Below are positions 9,940 through 18,669 of a DNA stretch of 64,000 bases, piece after piece (the first letter of the stretch is position 1; each line of letters begins with the position of its first letter). Location of the stretch: assembly GCA_963713615.1 (NCBI GenBank), contig CAVQMM010000001.1:32001-96000 (forward strand), written 5' to 3'. The stretch comes from an uncultured Chlamydiae bacterium (GTDB lineage Bacteria; Chlamydiota; Chlamydiia; Chlamydiales; JAJFMA01). Under the pieces are notes generated by a model. It did no database searches and was not told the origin of the DNA. It saw nothing but the letters and a program-made list of their open reading frames with translations. Both the position numbers and the translations under genes were made by a program.

Positions 9940-9984
9940 AAGGTTGGCTGGCGCAATTTCCTATGTGGCGCAGTCATTCCATGA
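9940..9984. repeat. Half copy of palindromic repeat family J
   Basis: Identical to left arm and loop of the palindrome at 49427-49505. Confidence 0.85.
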
Positions 9985-10039
9985 AAAAAAGATGACCTCC
10001 TGGTGAAGAGGTCATCTTTATAGAATCTAGTGCTTAAAG

Positions 10040-10786
10040 CTATGCGTATTGCTTAGCCTTTTGTCTTTTGAAAGCAAAGGCTCCGATGAGTAAGAAACTG
10101 CATAGCGTTGCGTAAGTGCCTGGTTCAGGTGCTGTAACCCCTACGAGAGTTTGAACAACATGACCTGGAGAATTGCCGGAGTTGATCAGTAAGCGCCATT
10201 TTCCAAAGGCAGTATTGTATGTGTTGTTTGTCACGAGACTATCAGCAATCCCTAAAAAGCTCAGAGCGTCGGTTAGAGTCTGTCCAGTGACCCCTGGCGC
10301 TGAGAACAAGTTTGCTGCAGTTCCCAAAGTATTTGTGGGATGATTGGTGCTGGTCCAGTTATAGACAATACTCCAAACTGCTAACTGCAGACCAGCATAT
10401 TTAGCAGTGTCGTTGCCAAAAGAGGGCACATTTGCATTATTCAAGAGAGAAGTAGCTACTGTTAGGTTAAAAGGCGATGAAAGACCAAGGAATGCTGGTA
10501 GACCGGAAGTTTTGGGATTAACCATATTTACTGAATAATTACCGGGCACGAAGATTTCATTTCGTAAGTCTACGCAGAAGAAAAATTCAGTTGACCCACC
10601 ATTTAATGTTCCTGTGGTGGCTCCCGAATAAGCGCTTTCCGAATTACCATTAAAGATAATTGGTTCCGGAGTAATAATCGTGGGATTAATTCCGTTCACA
10701 TTCATTGGTACAGAAGCAAATGACGAAATTGTCATTAATGCTGACACCGCTGCGGTGCATATACTTGTTTTATTCATTATTTTCAT
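10040..10786 (-). CDS. PEP-CTERM surface protein with putative thioester domain, paralog 2
   Basis: Highly similar to 9060-9803; same FCVD, LQLAVW and APEPGTY motifs. Confidence 0.85.
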   Translation of the reverse strand: MKIMNKTSICTAAVSALMTISSFASVPMNVNGINPTIITPEPIIFNGNSESAYSGATTGTLNGGSTEFFFCVDLRNEIFVPGNYSVNMVNPKTSGLPAFLGLSSPFNLTVATSLLNNANVPSFGNDTAKYAGLQLAVWSIVYNWTSTNHPTNTLGTAANLFSAPGVTGQTLTDALSFLGIADSLVTNNTYNTAFGKWRLLINSGNSPGHVVQTLVGVTAPEPGTYATLCSFLLIGAFAFKRQKAKQYA

Positions 10787-10872
10787 CAAGGACCTCCTGT
10801 TTATTTCGACGATTGATATATAGGAGAATCGATCGTCAAATTAAGAAATTGCTAAATATTATTGTTACTGTT

Positions 10873-10888
10873 AGCAATTCCTATGCCA
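10873..10888 (-). promoter_or_regulatory. Sigma-54 (-24/-12) promoter
   Basis: Minus strand TGGCAT-AGGAA-TTGCT. Confidence 0.75.
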
Positions 10889-10914
10889 TATAAATAAAAA
10901 AAACATGATTTTAT

Positions 10915-12699
10915 TTAAAAACGAGGGGAGGTCAATATTAAATCAGAGAATCTCCATGCTTTCTGAAAGTCGTTATTTTCTTGGGCGTTCTTAGAAAATT
11001 TATTTTCCGAATGGAGTGTTTTAGTTAATCCGAATAATGACCATCCATTATTTGGATGTCGTTTAAGATCTTCTTCAAAAACCTTTAATGCCTCTGGGAA
11101 TTGGCCTGCTGTTAGAAGCTCTGTCGCCAGAGCTTGGCGCATGGGTAGATACCAAGGAAGCATTGAGGTATCTAGATTGTCTTCTATAGTTACAGCCATT
11201 TTAAGATTTTGGATAGCCTTGGCATGATTTCCCTGCGAGGCGGCGATCTGGGCTTCAAGGTCTAGTCCCATGAGGTCAAAAAGATGGGAGAGGTCAGCGG
11301 CCCTGGTCGGATCATCGACTTTTTGAGCGTCAAATAGTTGCTTGTTTTTTTTGAGTTCAACAAGACTTGCTTGGGCATTCTTGCTATGGCCGCTGCGAAT
11401 ATCCGCAAGACCTTGGCTATAGATCATTGCTCCTTTGGCAAAAAAAAGATCTGAAGGAGGGGGGGACGCTTTTATAACGTCTTCCCACTTTCCAAAGCGA
11501 GCCATTAGCAGATAGGGAACGCTGAAAAACACATCTTGCAGGTAAGGGTTCGAGGGCAGATCGCCCGAGATCAGCCTACCGATCAATTTGTTAGAAGTGG
11601 ACAAGGCATCGCTGGAACGTCCCTCCATGGTCAATGAGGCGAAGAGGTAGAAATAGTTGTGAAGATAGAATCCTGCAAATTCGGGGATTTTGAGAGCCCC
11701 CTCGCGGAAGAGTTTATCGTCTGCTGCGATGCCCCTCTGATTAGCTGCAGAGGCATCATGGTAGCGGCCAAGGTGCATGTAGATGTGTGCTGGCATGTGC
11801 TGGAGATGTCCGGAACCCGGCACTAATTTGCCTAACAGATCGGCTGACTGTAGAGCCTCGCCAGGCTTGCCAATGGCTTCCGCCACGTGGATATTTAGAT
11901 GATTGAGGCCAACATGGTTCGGATTTTTTTTCAACGCATCAGCCAGAATCTGCAGCAAGGTATTTTGAATAGCGATGTTTTCGTGCCGGTCCGAGCCAAG
12001 AGCCTCCATAGCACTCTTAGCGTATAATGCGGTGATGTCGGGGTCATTGGGGTATTTCTGATGGAGGACCTTCATCGTTGCAGCATATTTTTGAAGCGCA
12101 GGAGTTGGCTGGTTTTGGATAATCTGAAACTTCTCTAAAAGAGACTGAACGAGTGCTTTATCTTTTGCTGATGCTGCATTGGCAAGAACCTGTGCTCTAA
12201 GAGCTGCTGTAGATGCCTGCATAGCCCATGGGTCACCCGCACCTTGAGCACACTCCGATAGGGCTAGCGCCTCTCCCCAATAGCACAAGGCACACTGAGG
12301 ATCATATTGTTCAGCCTGTCGAAAAGACCTGGCGGCTTCAGCAAAATTGTAGCCATAGAATAGGATCAATCCCTGATCAAAGTAGCGCTGTGCTGTCGGA
12401 TCTGAAGTATGAATCTCCCTATGAAACCCCTCAAAGCCTGGATATAATGGAGGTGGTGTCGCAATATCTTTGCCTTCCAGCAAGCTAAACAAAGGGAGGA
12501 TGGTCAGCAGAAGCACATAAATAAAGAGGTAGCTAGTAACACGGATGCACACGGATCTAGGAGGATTTAGGAGGATAGGATTAGGAGTAGGAGTAACACG
12601 GGTGCATGCGGATTTGGGAGGATTAATTTTTCCAGATCCCTGATTCATATCCAATTCTAAATTCCTAATCCTCCTAAATCCTCCTAAATCCGTGTGCAT
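10915..12699 (-). CDS. Secreted TPR-repeat protein; 5' end overlaps a palindromic repeat, true start uncertain
   Basis: AQRYFDQGL..YGYN..EAARSF, HLQHMPAHIY, PNNGWSLFGL, typical of a conserved TPR family. Confidence 0.8.
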   Translation of the reverse strand: MHTDLGGFRRIRNLELDMNQGSGKINPPKSACTRVTPTPNPILLNPPRSVCIRVTSYLFIYVLLLTILPLFSLLEGKDIATPPPLYPGFEGFHREIHTSDPTAQRYFDQGLILFYGYNFAEAARSFRQAEQYDPQCALCYWGEALALSECAQGAGDPWAMQASTAALRAQVLANAASAKDKALVQSLLEKFQIIQNQPTPALQKYAATMKVLHQKYPNDPDITALYAKSAMEALGSDRHENIAIQNTLLQILADALKKNPNHVGLNHLNIHVAEAIGKPGEALQSADLLGKLVPGSGHLQHMPAHIYMHLGRYHDASAANQRGIAADDKLFREGALKIPEFAGFYLHNYFYLFASLTMEGRSSDALSTSNKLIGRLISGDLPSNPYLQDVFFSVPYLLMARFGKWEDVIKASPPPSDLFFAKGAMIYSQGLADIRSGHSKNAQASLVELKKNKQLFDAQKVDDPTRAADLSHLFDLMGLDLEAQIAASQGNHAKAIQNLKMAVTIEDNLDTSMLPWYLPMRQALATELLTAGQFPEALKVFEEDLKRHPNNGWSLFGLTKTLHSENKFSKNAQENNDFQKAWRFSDLILTSPRF

Positions 12700-12730
12700 C
12701 CGTGTTACTCCTAAATCCGTATTACTACTA
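12534..12730. repeat. Palindromic repeat family H (CACGGATGCACACGGAT type), copy 1
   Basis: GTAACACGGATGCACACGGATCTAGGAGGATTTAGGAGG and its reverse complement; second copy at 47738-47952. Confidence 0.85.
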
Positions 12731-12773
12731 AAACCGTTTGCATCCGAGTGACTTCTAGGCTCGTTGTGAACCT

Positions 12774-14183
12774 TTATTGCGGAGTGAGTATGACTTCAAA
12801 AACATAGGGTGATGCACTGGAGTCAGCCTGGGTATTCGTATTTGGTAGTTTACTCTGTATTCCGCCAACGACATAGCCAAGCAGAGTAGGTTTATTCATC
12901 TTATCCAAAATGCCGACGCCATTGGTAAAAGTGGGAAGGTTACTTTGCGGCATAAACTGAGCGCCAGCCCCAAACAGGAGTGGATTGGATCCTGCCAAGA
13001 TGACAGGGTATTCCGCTGACATGAGATATTGTTGATAGACCCCTTGAGGATTGATCTGGATGGTAGTGACCTGGTTGATGAAAGGTAACTCCGAGTCTGT
13101 TTGGAAAGTGCCACTTTGAAAGAATCCAAAGCTGATCCCACCTAAGACCACGATGTACATATTGTTGGTGGTACGCGAAAATAGTTCTACCGTAGCAGAC
13201 GTGTAGTTATTCATGCCTTGCTTGAACGTACTGGCTGCTGTAGGATCTGCCATTGATGATTGCCCATTCGGCGTAATCTCTACGGGTACCGTCCATGCTC
13301 CGCTGGACTCTGTGAAGACACCTGACAAGGCTACAAGGCCAGGAACGAATCCGTTATAGGATTTCTTCATGATCGGAACAACATTGAGATCACGTCGGCG
13401 ATAATTAGGATTTGGGGCATCAGCTTGCCCAGGAATAAGGACAAGGTTGACGCCATTATCGATAATGCCAAAGCGGCGCACTTGTTGCGTATAGGCACCA
13501 TTGGAATCACTGTGATAGAACCCGGAAAAATTCTGACCGAATACGAGCAACATCGGAGAATGGCCAGTCACCTGGGTCATATATCCACCTGATACCTGTA
13601 CCAAGGGGTGAAAGATCTGGCGAATAGACTGAGCTGCCGTTTGTCCTGGAGAGGGGTTAGTGACCCATTTTATCAAACCAGGGATGTTGATTGCCGATAG
13701 AGCATCTTTAGTGGCAAAGGTTCCAGTAGCAGTATCGACGCCATAGCCACCCGTGATGTAGAGCGTTTTGTCATTCTGAAAGCCTTGTGCACTGGTTACC
13801 GACAACAGGTCGATTTGGTATTGAGAAAGGCCTGAGGTAATATCGGTCAAATCCTTGGACCATGTAGTCCCAGTACTGGGGTCAACGACATAGACGACGG
13901 TATTTTGCCTTGAAGGTGGAAAGTTGTCGTTGCCGGCATCAAAGCCATGCAATCCATTTGTGCGACCCGTCAGAAAAAGCCATTTGCCTTTGTAGATAGC
14001 AGAAACATAGGAGTGAATACCTTGTGGTAGAGACCAACTCGCCTGCTGGATGGAAATGGAGAATGGCAACGAACTGCCAGGAAGTATGGTGCTTACCGTG
14101 GCAGTTTGGTTATCGGCTACGAGTCCACTCGAGTAGGCACAAGTGAATAGACATAGGAGGAATCTAAAAAACGTTACCTGCAT
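12774..14183 (-). CDS. Secreted protein with Kelch-like beta-propeller features
   Basis: Signal peptide from ATG 14183; LYITGGYG, GRTNGLHG, RRRDLN motifs. Confidence 0.7.
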   Translation of the reverse strand: MQVTFFRFLLCLFTCAYSSGLVADNQTATVSTILPGSSLPFSISIQQASWSLPQGIHSYVSAIYKGKWLFLTGRTNGLHGFDAGNDNFPPSRQNTVVYVVDPSTGTTWSKDLTDITSGLSQYQIDLLSVTSAQGFQNDKTLYITGGYGVDTATGTFATKDALSAINIPGLIKWVTNPSPGQTAAQSIRQIFHPLVQVSGGYMTQVTGHSPMLLVFGQNFSGFYHSDSNGAYTQQVRRFGIIDNGVNLVLIPGQADAPNPNYRRRDLNVVPIMKKSYNGFVPGLVALSGVFTESSGAWTVPVEITPNGQSSMADPTAASTFKQGMNNYTSATVELFSRTTNNMYIVVLGGISFGFFQSGTFQTDSELPFINQVTTIQINPQGVYQQYLMSAEYPVILAGSNPLLFGAGAQFMPQSNLPTFTNGVGILDKMNKPTLLGYVVGGIQSKLPNTNTQADSSASPYVFEVILTPQ

Positions 14184-14191
14184 AGTACACC

Positions 14192-15211
14192 TTATTGAAG
14201 TTCGGAGGGCATTGCAAAGTCGGCGATAAAAATTTGGCAAGTGTTGCCTTGACCCCGCTTGGACGTCCACATCAATTTCGTCCCCTCTCGATTAAAAACG
14301 GGTAGACCATCAAATGTAGGGTTATTGGTGAGCCGGTATTGTGTTCCTGACTCGATATTTAACAAATAGATTTCATAGCGATGATGTCCATGTAACGATG
14401 TTGTAAAGGCGATGACCTTCCCATTAGGGTGCCAATAAGGAGCCCAATTGACCGCATTGTTACAAGTAAGTTGCCGTTCATTTGTGCCATCGCTATTAAC
14501 GGCAAAAATCTGCAGGTAGTCAGGGCGTTGCCTGTCGGCGCGAAAGATGATCTGAGAATCGTCGGGAGAAAAAAAGGGACCACCGTTGTAACAGTGATTT
14601 GTGTGGGTAATCTGTTGCACATCGGATCCATCGGTACACATCGTATAGATGTTCATGCTGCCATCTTCATTGCTGGCATAAACAATACGTGATCCATCAG
14701 ACGAGTAAGCGCATTCTGCATGATATGCAGGGCCGAACGTGAGGGCGGTTAATTCAGAGCCATCAGGGTTGGCCTCGTAGATATTCATATAAGGGGTCAG
14801 GTCCCATTTGTACTTCCCATTGCTGGTACTATTCTGCTCAGGAGCAGTTGAAGCGCTGGAAATATTAGGATCTGAGTGGCTCGAAGCGAAGATAATTTTT
14901 TTGCCATCTGGTCTAAAATAGGCGCAGGTACAAGCGCCCAAGCCTGTGCTGACAATAGTAGGGATCGCTTTATCGAGGCGCATGGTATAAATTTGATAGT
15001 GCCTACAACTCGTAGGAACAGCCTGGAAGATGATCGTTTCACCGTCGGGGGAAAAATAGGCCTCACCTGCTTTCTCAAAGTGCATCGATGGAAAGGTTAT
15101 CTGCTTAATGTTTTGGAGCGAGCAGGGATTGGCAGCCTGATCGCTGCTAGCATCTAATGCTCCAGCCATGGAGAGGCAGAGATTCAATAAGACGGATAAT
15201 GTCAGCTTCAC
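14192..15211 (-). CDS. TolB-like PD40 beta-propeller protein
   Basis: GEAYFSPDG, YFRPDGKKIIF, GGPFFSPD, WAPYWHPNG repeats; signal peptide. Confidence 0.88.
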   Translation of the reverse strand: MKLTLSVLLNLCLSMAGALDASSDQAANPCSLQNIKQITFPSMHFEKAGEAYFSPDGETIIFQAVPTSCRHYQIYTMRLDKAIPTIVSTGLGACTCAYFRPDGKKIIFASSHSDPNISSASTAPEQNSTSNGKYKWDLTPYMNIYEANPDGSELTALTFGPAYHAECAYSSDGSRIVYASNEDGSMNIYTMCTDGSDVQQITHTNHCYNGGPFFSPDDSQIIFRADRQRPDYLQIFAVNSDGTNERQLTCNNAVNWAPYWHPNGKVIAFTTSLHGHHRYEIYLLNIESGTQYRLTNNPTFDGLPVFNREGTKLMWTSKRGQGNTCQIFIADFAMPSELQ

Positions 15212-15332
15212 GATATATCCTAGGCTAGAAATGAAAAATGATCATTTGTCAAAAAATATATTCCTGTCAAGCAGCAGAGTTTTTTGGAGTGTCATTCAAA
15301 CTTGTACTATCCGCAGCTACCATATCTCATTA

Positions 15333-15673
15333 AATAGTAGCTTGTTAAAATCTAGAAGATGTTGTAGATACGTCTAAAATGGACTTTAACAAGATATGCA
15401 GGATCGCTTCGCGGCATGATAGGCAGGATACTCCTACCTTCTAAATACAAATAGGGCTGACAACGTGTTTAAAGGGGAGTGAGGTGGGAGTGGAGAGGAC
15501 TAGAGGTAAACCTGGTTCAATTTTATCTCATTAATTTAAAATAGAGTTAACTCTATGAATTTGAAGATGATGGGAGTATCCTGCCTATCATGCCGCGCAG
15601 CGATCCTGCATATCCTGTTAATGTCCATTTTAGCCGTGTCTACAGCATCTTTTAGATTTAATAGACTACTATT
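15333..15673. repeat. About 340-bp palindromic element, family C
   Basis: About 100-bp imperfect inverted arms (15333-15433 vs 15572-15673); related arms at 42081-42163 and 43217-43245. Confidence 0.85.
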
Positions 15674-15769
15674 GATAGCAATCTCAACCATGTAAAAGAA
15701 GGTTTATACGTAGCTGAAAACCGAGTTGACAAGATGCTCACAAACTATTCCATTAAACAAAGAGATAAG

Positions 15770-16390
15770 CAGGGCGATCGCATCTAAATTTTTGACTAGG
15801 TATTATATCTCCTCGCCATCACACTATAGAGGAGATAACAATGTCAGCAGCAGAGCGTCTTAAGATTGTTTTTCAGCAAATTGAAGATCCCAGAATTGAT
15901 CGCACAAAAAAACATCCCTTAATGAGCATTATCTTCATCGCCATCTGTTCAGCTATGGCTGGTATTGATGAATGGGTGGGAATGCACGATTATTGTGAAG
16001 CTAATTTTGATCTTTTTGCAGCGGTTGTCCCTCTGCCTAATGGTGTACCATCCCATGAGAACCATCAAAGGCAAAACCACGGTTGAGCAACGCTTCTACA
16101 TTTCATCTCTCGAAGCAAATGCAGGACAGCTCGCTCAAGCAATCCGAGCGCACTGGGAAGTAGAAAATAAGCTCCATTGGGTTCTTGATCTCACGTTCAA
16201 TGAAGACGCTTCAAGGATATATAAGGACAATGGTCCCGAGATAATGACACAAGCACGAAAACTTGGATTAAACCTTATCAACCAGGCGCGAGGAAAGCTT
16301 AGTGTGCGAAGAATGCAGAACAAGATGAAAATGTCGGCTGAGTTCCTGTTTCGACTCGTTAGTCAAGGAAATTAAGATGCGATCGCCCTG
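15770..16390 (+). mobile_element. Internally deleted ISAs1-family element, 621 bp
   Basis: IRs CAGGGCGATCGCATCT / AGATGCGATCGCCCTG; 10-bp DR AAGAGATAAG at 15760-15769 and 16391-16400. Confidence 0.93.
15841..16375 (+). pseudogene. ISAs1 transposase remnant
   Basis: N-terminus (DPR...KHPL...GVPSH) joined out of frame near 16058 to C-terminus (RFYISSL, IRAHWEVENKLHWVLD); central region missing. Confidence 0.9.
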
Positions 16391-16409
16391 AAGAGATAAG
16401 GGCAATGGC

Positions 16410-16439
16410 TTGCTAAAATTGAGGGATTAGGAGTAGCTT
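16410..16439 (+). promoter_or_regulatory. Putative sigma-70/66 promoter duplicated with the gene
   Basis: TTGCTA-N18-TAGCTT; paralog TTGCTA-N18-TAACTT at 17487-17516. Confidence 0.45.
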
Positions 16440-16469
16440 AACAAGTCCAAAATAACTTTTTACACGGGT

Positions 16470-17471
16470 GTGACTATGAGTAATTTTCAGAGTTGGTTGT
16501 GCACTGCAGTAGCAGCTATTGCGTTTGTTGGATCTTCAGAGGCCTTCTCTGAAGAGGACTACGGCAATTATGATTGGAACAATGACAGTTGCGGTAACGG
16601 CTTCCAAGAAGATGCGTGCTGCAATGATCAGTGGGGATCGTTTGAATTAGGTGGCGAGGCATTCTTTGACTATGAGACCTTTAGAAGTCTTCCTGAAGGT
16701 AGCTGGGAAGGTAACACCGGCGCAGTGATCGGTGTGAATCTTGGCATGCCATTACCTTTTTCTTTTTGCGAATGCTGGGGAGTGCAGTTTGGCACCAGCT
16801 TCGGTGTGTATGATTGGGCAGGACGTGGCAATCCCTTCGGCCTCGTTAATACAGGTTCAACGCAGAATGAGACCTTTGTGACTCTTGGTATTTACAGGAA
16901 AGCTCCATGGTGCGATGCCTTTAATTATGGTTTTGTGTGGGACTGGCAGTTCAATAAAAATGCTGGCGTGTTTGCGTTAGATCCAAATTTATCTCAATTC
17001 CGTTTTCAGTTTGCTTATGAGCTGTCATGTGATGAGATAGGTCTTTGGGGGACAGTTCATACGCATTCGTCCACCAAGAACTTTGCTGGCGTCCCTGTTA
17101 AGTTTCGTGCGATCGACCAAATCAACTTCTTCTGGAGGCATGATTTTGGTTGCTACGCTCGTACCAATTTATGGGTTGGCGTACCTTATGGCAAAAGCCT
17201 GATGGTGAGTGGTCACAGACCCGGTCAGTATACTTTAGGGGCTAACGTTAAAGTTCCTCTGATCGACTGCTGGGCTATTGAAGGACGTGCCTTGTACATG
17301 GGCGCCAAACGGCAATCAGGTGGTTTTGCTTCCCGTAACTATGCGGCGAACGTTTGCGTTGGCTTGACCTATGCGTTTGGCAATGGCAGGGGAGATTGCT
17401 GTGATCTACAGCCTTACTTACCGATGGCTAACAACAGCAACTTCATCGTTGATACAAACCTAAGCGACTAG
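16470..17471 (+). CDS. Cys-rich putative outer-membrane beta-barrel protein (DUF6666-like), paralog 1
   Basis: Signal peptide, Cys/Asp-rich N-terminus, alternating aromatic beta strands, PYLPMANNSNFIVD tail. Confidence 0.65.
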   Translation: MTMSNFQSWLCTAVAAIAFVGSSEAFSEEDYGNYDWNNDSCGNGFQEDACCNDQWGSFELGGEAFFDYETFRSLPEGSWEGNTGAVIGVNLGMPLPFSFCECWGVQFGTSFGVYDWAGRGNPFGLVNTGSTQNETFVTLGIYRKAPWCDAFNYGFVWDWQFNKNAGVFALDPNLSQFRFQFAYELSCDEIGLWGTVHTHSSTKNFAGVPVKFRAIDQINFFWRHDFGCYARTNLWVGVPYGKSLMVSGHRPGQYTLGANVKVPLIDCWAIEGRALYMGAKRQSGGFASRNYAANVCVGLTYAFGNGRGDCCDLQPYLPMANNSNFIVDTNLSD

Positions 17472-17546
17472 GTTTGTAATTTCGACTTGCTAAAATTATA
17501 GGTTTAGGAGTAACTTGGCAGATCCCAAATAACTCTTTACACGGGT

Positions 17547-18578
17547 ATGACTATGAGTAATTTTCAGAGTTGGTTGTGCGCTGCAGTAGCAGCCATTGCG
17601 TTTGTTGGATCTTCAGAGGCTTTTTCTGAAGAAGACTATGGTAATTGGAACAATGACGGTTGCGGTAACGACATCCAGGAAGATGTGTGCTGTAACAATC
17701 AGTGGAACTTTGATTTTGGTGGCGAGGCCTTTCTTGACTATGAATTCTTCAGAAGCGTTCCAGAAGGTGACCATGAGGGTAACCTTGGTGCGGTGATTGG
17801 AGCAAACCTCGGTATGCCATTACCTTTCTCGTTTTGCGATTGCTGGGGTGTACAGCTTGGTGCCAGCTTCGGTGTCTATGACTGGGCAGGACGTGGCCCT
17901 GGTTTGCTGGTCGGTTCATCCAATCCGGGCGCAACGCAGAAAGAAACCTTTGTGACTCTTGGTATTTATAGAAAATCACCATGGAGTGACGACTTCAATT
18001 ATGGCTTTGCCTACGACTGGCAGTTTAATAAGCATGCGGGCTTGTATGGGTTAAATCCAAATTTATCTCAGTTCCGCTTTCAGTTTGCTTATGAAATGCC
18101 ATGTGATGAGCTAGGCCTCTGGGGGACGGTTCATACGCATTCTACCACAAAGAGCATTGCTGGTTTTGCAGTGAAGTTTCGTGCGGTCAACCAGATTAAT
18201 TTCTTCTGGAGACATGATTTTGGTTGCTGCGCTCGCACCAATTTCTGGGTTGGCGTACCTTATGGCAAGAGTCTGAGAGTCTCTGGTCACAGACCAGGTC
18301 AGTATACTTTAGGGGCCAACTTTAAAGTGCCTCTGGTCGATTGCTGGGCTGTTGAAGGACGTGCCCTATACATGGGTGCAAGACGTCAATCAGGTGGCTT
18401 GGGTGCAAACAACTATGCAGCCAACGTTTGCCTTGGTTTGACTTATGCATTCGGTAATGGAAGAGGAGACGGCTGCGATCTACAGCCTTACTTGCCCATG
18501 GGTAACAACAGTAACTTTATTGTTGATGCTAGCTCGAACAACTTCATTGTTGACCCCCGACCACTACCACCAAGCTAG
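17547..18578 (+). CDS. Cys-rich putative outer-membrane beta-barrel protein (DUF6666-like), paralog 2
   Basis: Colinear and highly similar to 16470-17471. Confidence 0.65.
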   Translation: MTMSNFQSWLCAAVAAIAFVGSSEAFSEEDYGNWNNDGCGNDIQEDVCCNNQWNFDFGGEAFLDYEFFRSVPEGDHEGNLGAVIGANLGMPLPFSFCDCWGVQLGASFGVYDWAGRGPGLLVGSSNPGATQKETFVTLGIYRKSPWSDDFNYGFAYDWQFNKHAGLYGLNPNLSQFRFQFAYEMPCDELGLWGTVHTHSTTKSIAGFAVKFRAVNQINFFWRHDFGCCARTNFWVGVPYGKSLRVSGHRPGQYTLGANFKVPLVDCWAVEGRALYMGARRQSGGLGANNYAANVCLGLTYAFGNGRGDGCDLQPYLPMGNNSNFIVDASSNNFIVDPRPLPPS

Positions 18579-18590
18579 TTTCCCTTCATG

Positions 18591-18658
18591 AAGGAGTATG
18601 ACATCTCAAGACTCGTTGCAGCTAGATGCTGCAGCGACGATGGAGATGTCATCTCCTT
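18591..18658. terminator. Long imperfect hairpin between convergent genes
   Basis: AAGGAG-T-ATGACATCTC...GAGATGTCAT-CTCCTT followed by T-run. Confidence 0.55.
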
Positions 18659-18669
18659 TTTCTCCTTAT

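Noticed and set aside
9060..18578. Paralog pairs as diversity-generating retroelement template/variable repeats
   Set aside because: Differences are spread over whole genes and are not adenine-specific; no reverse transcriptase in the window
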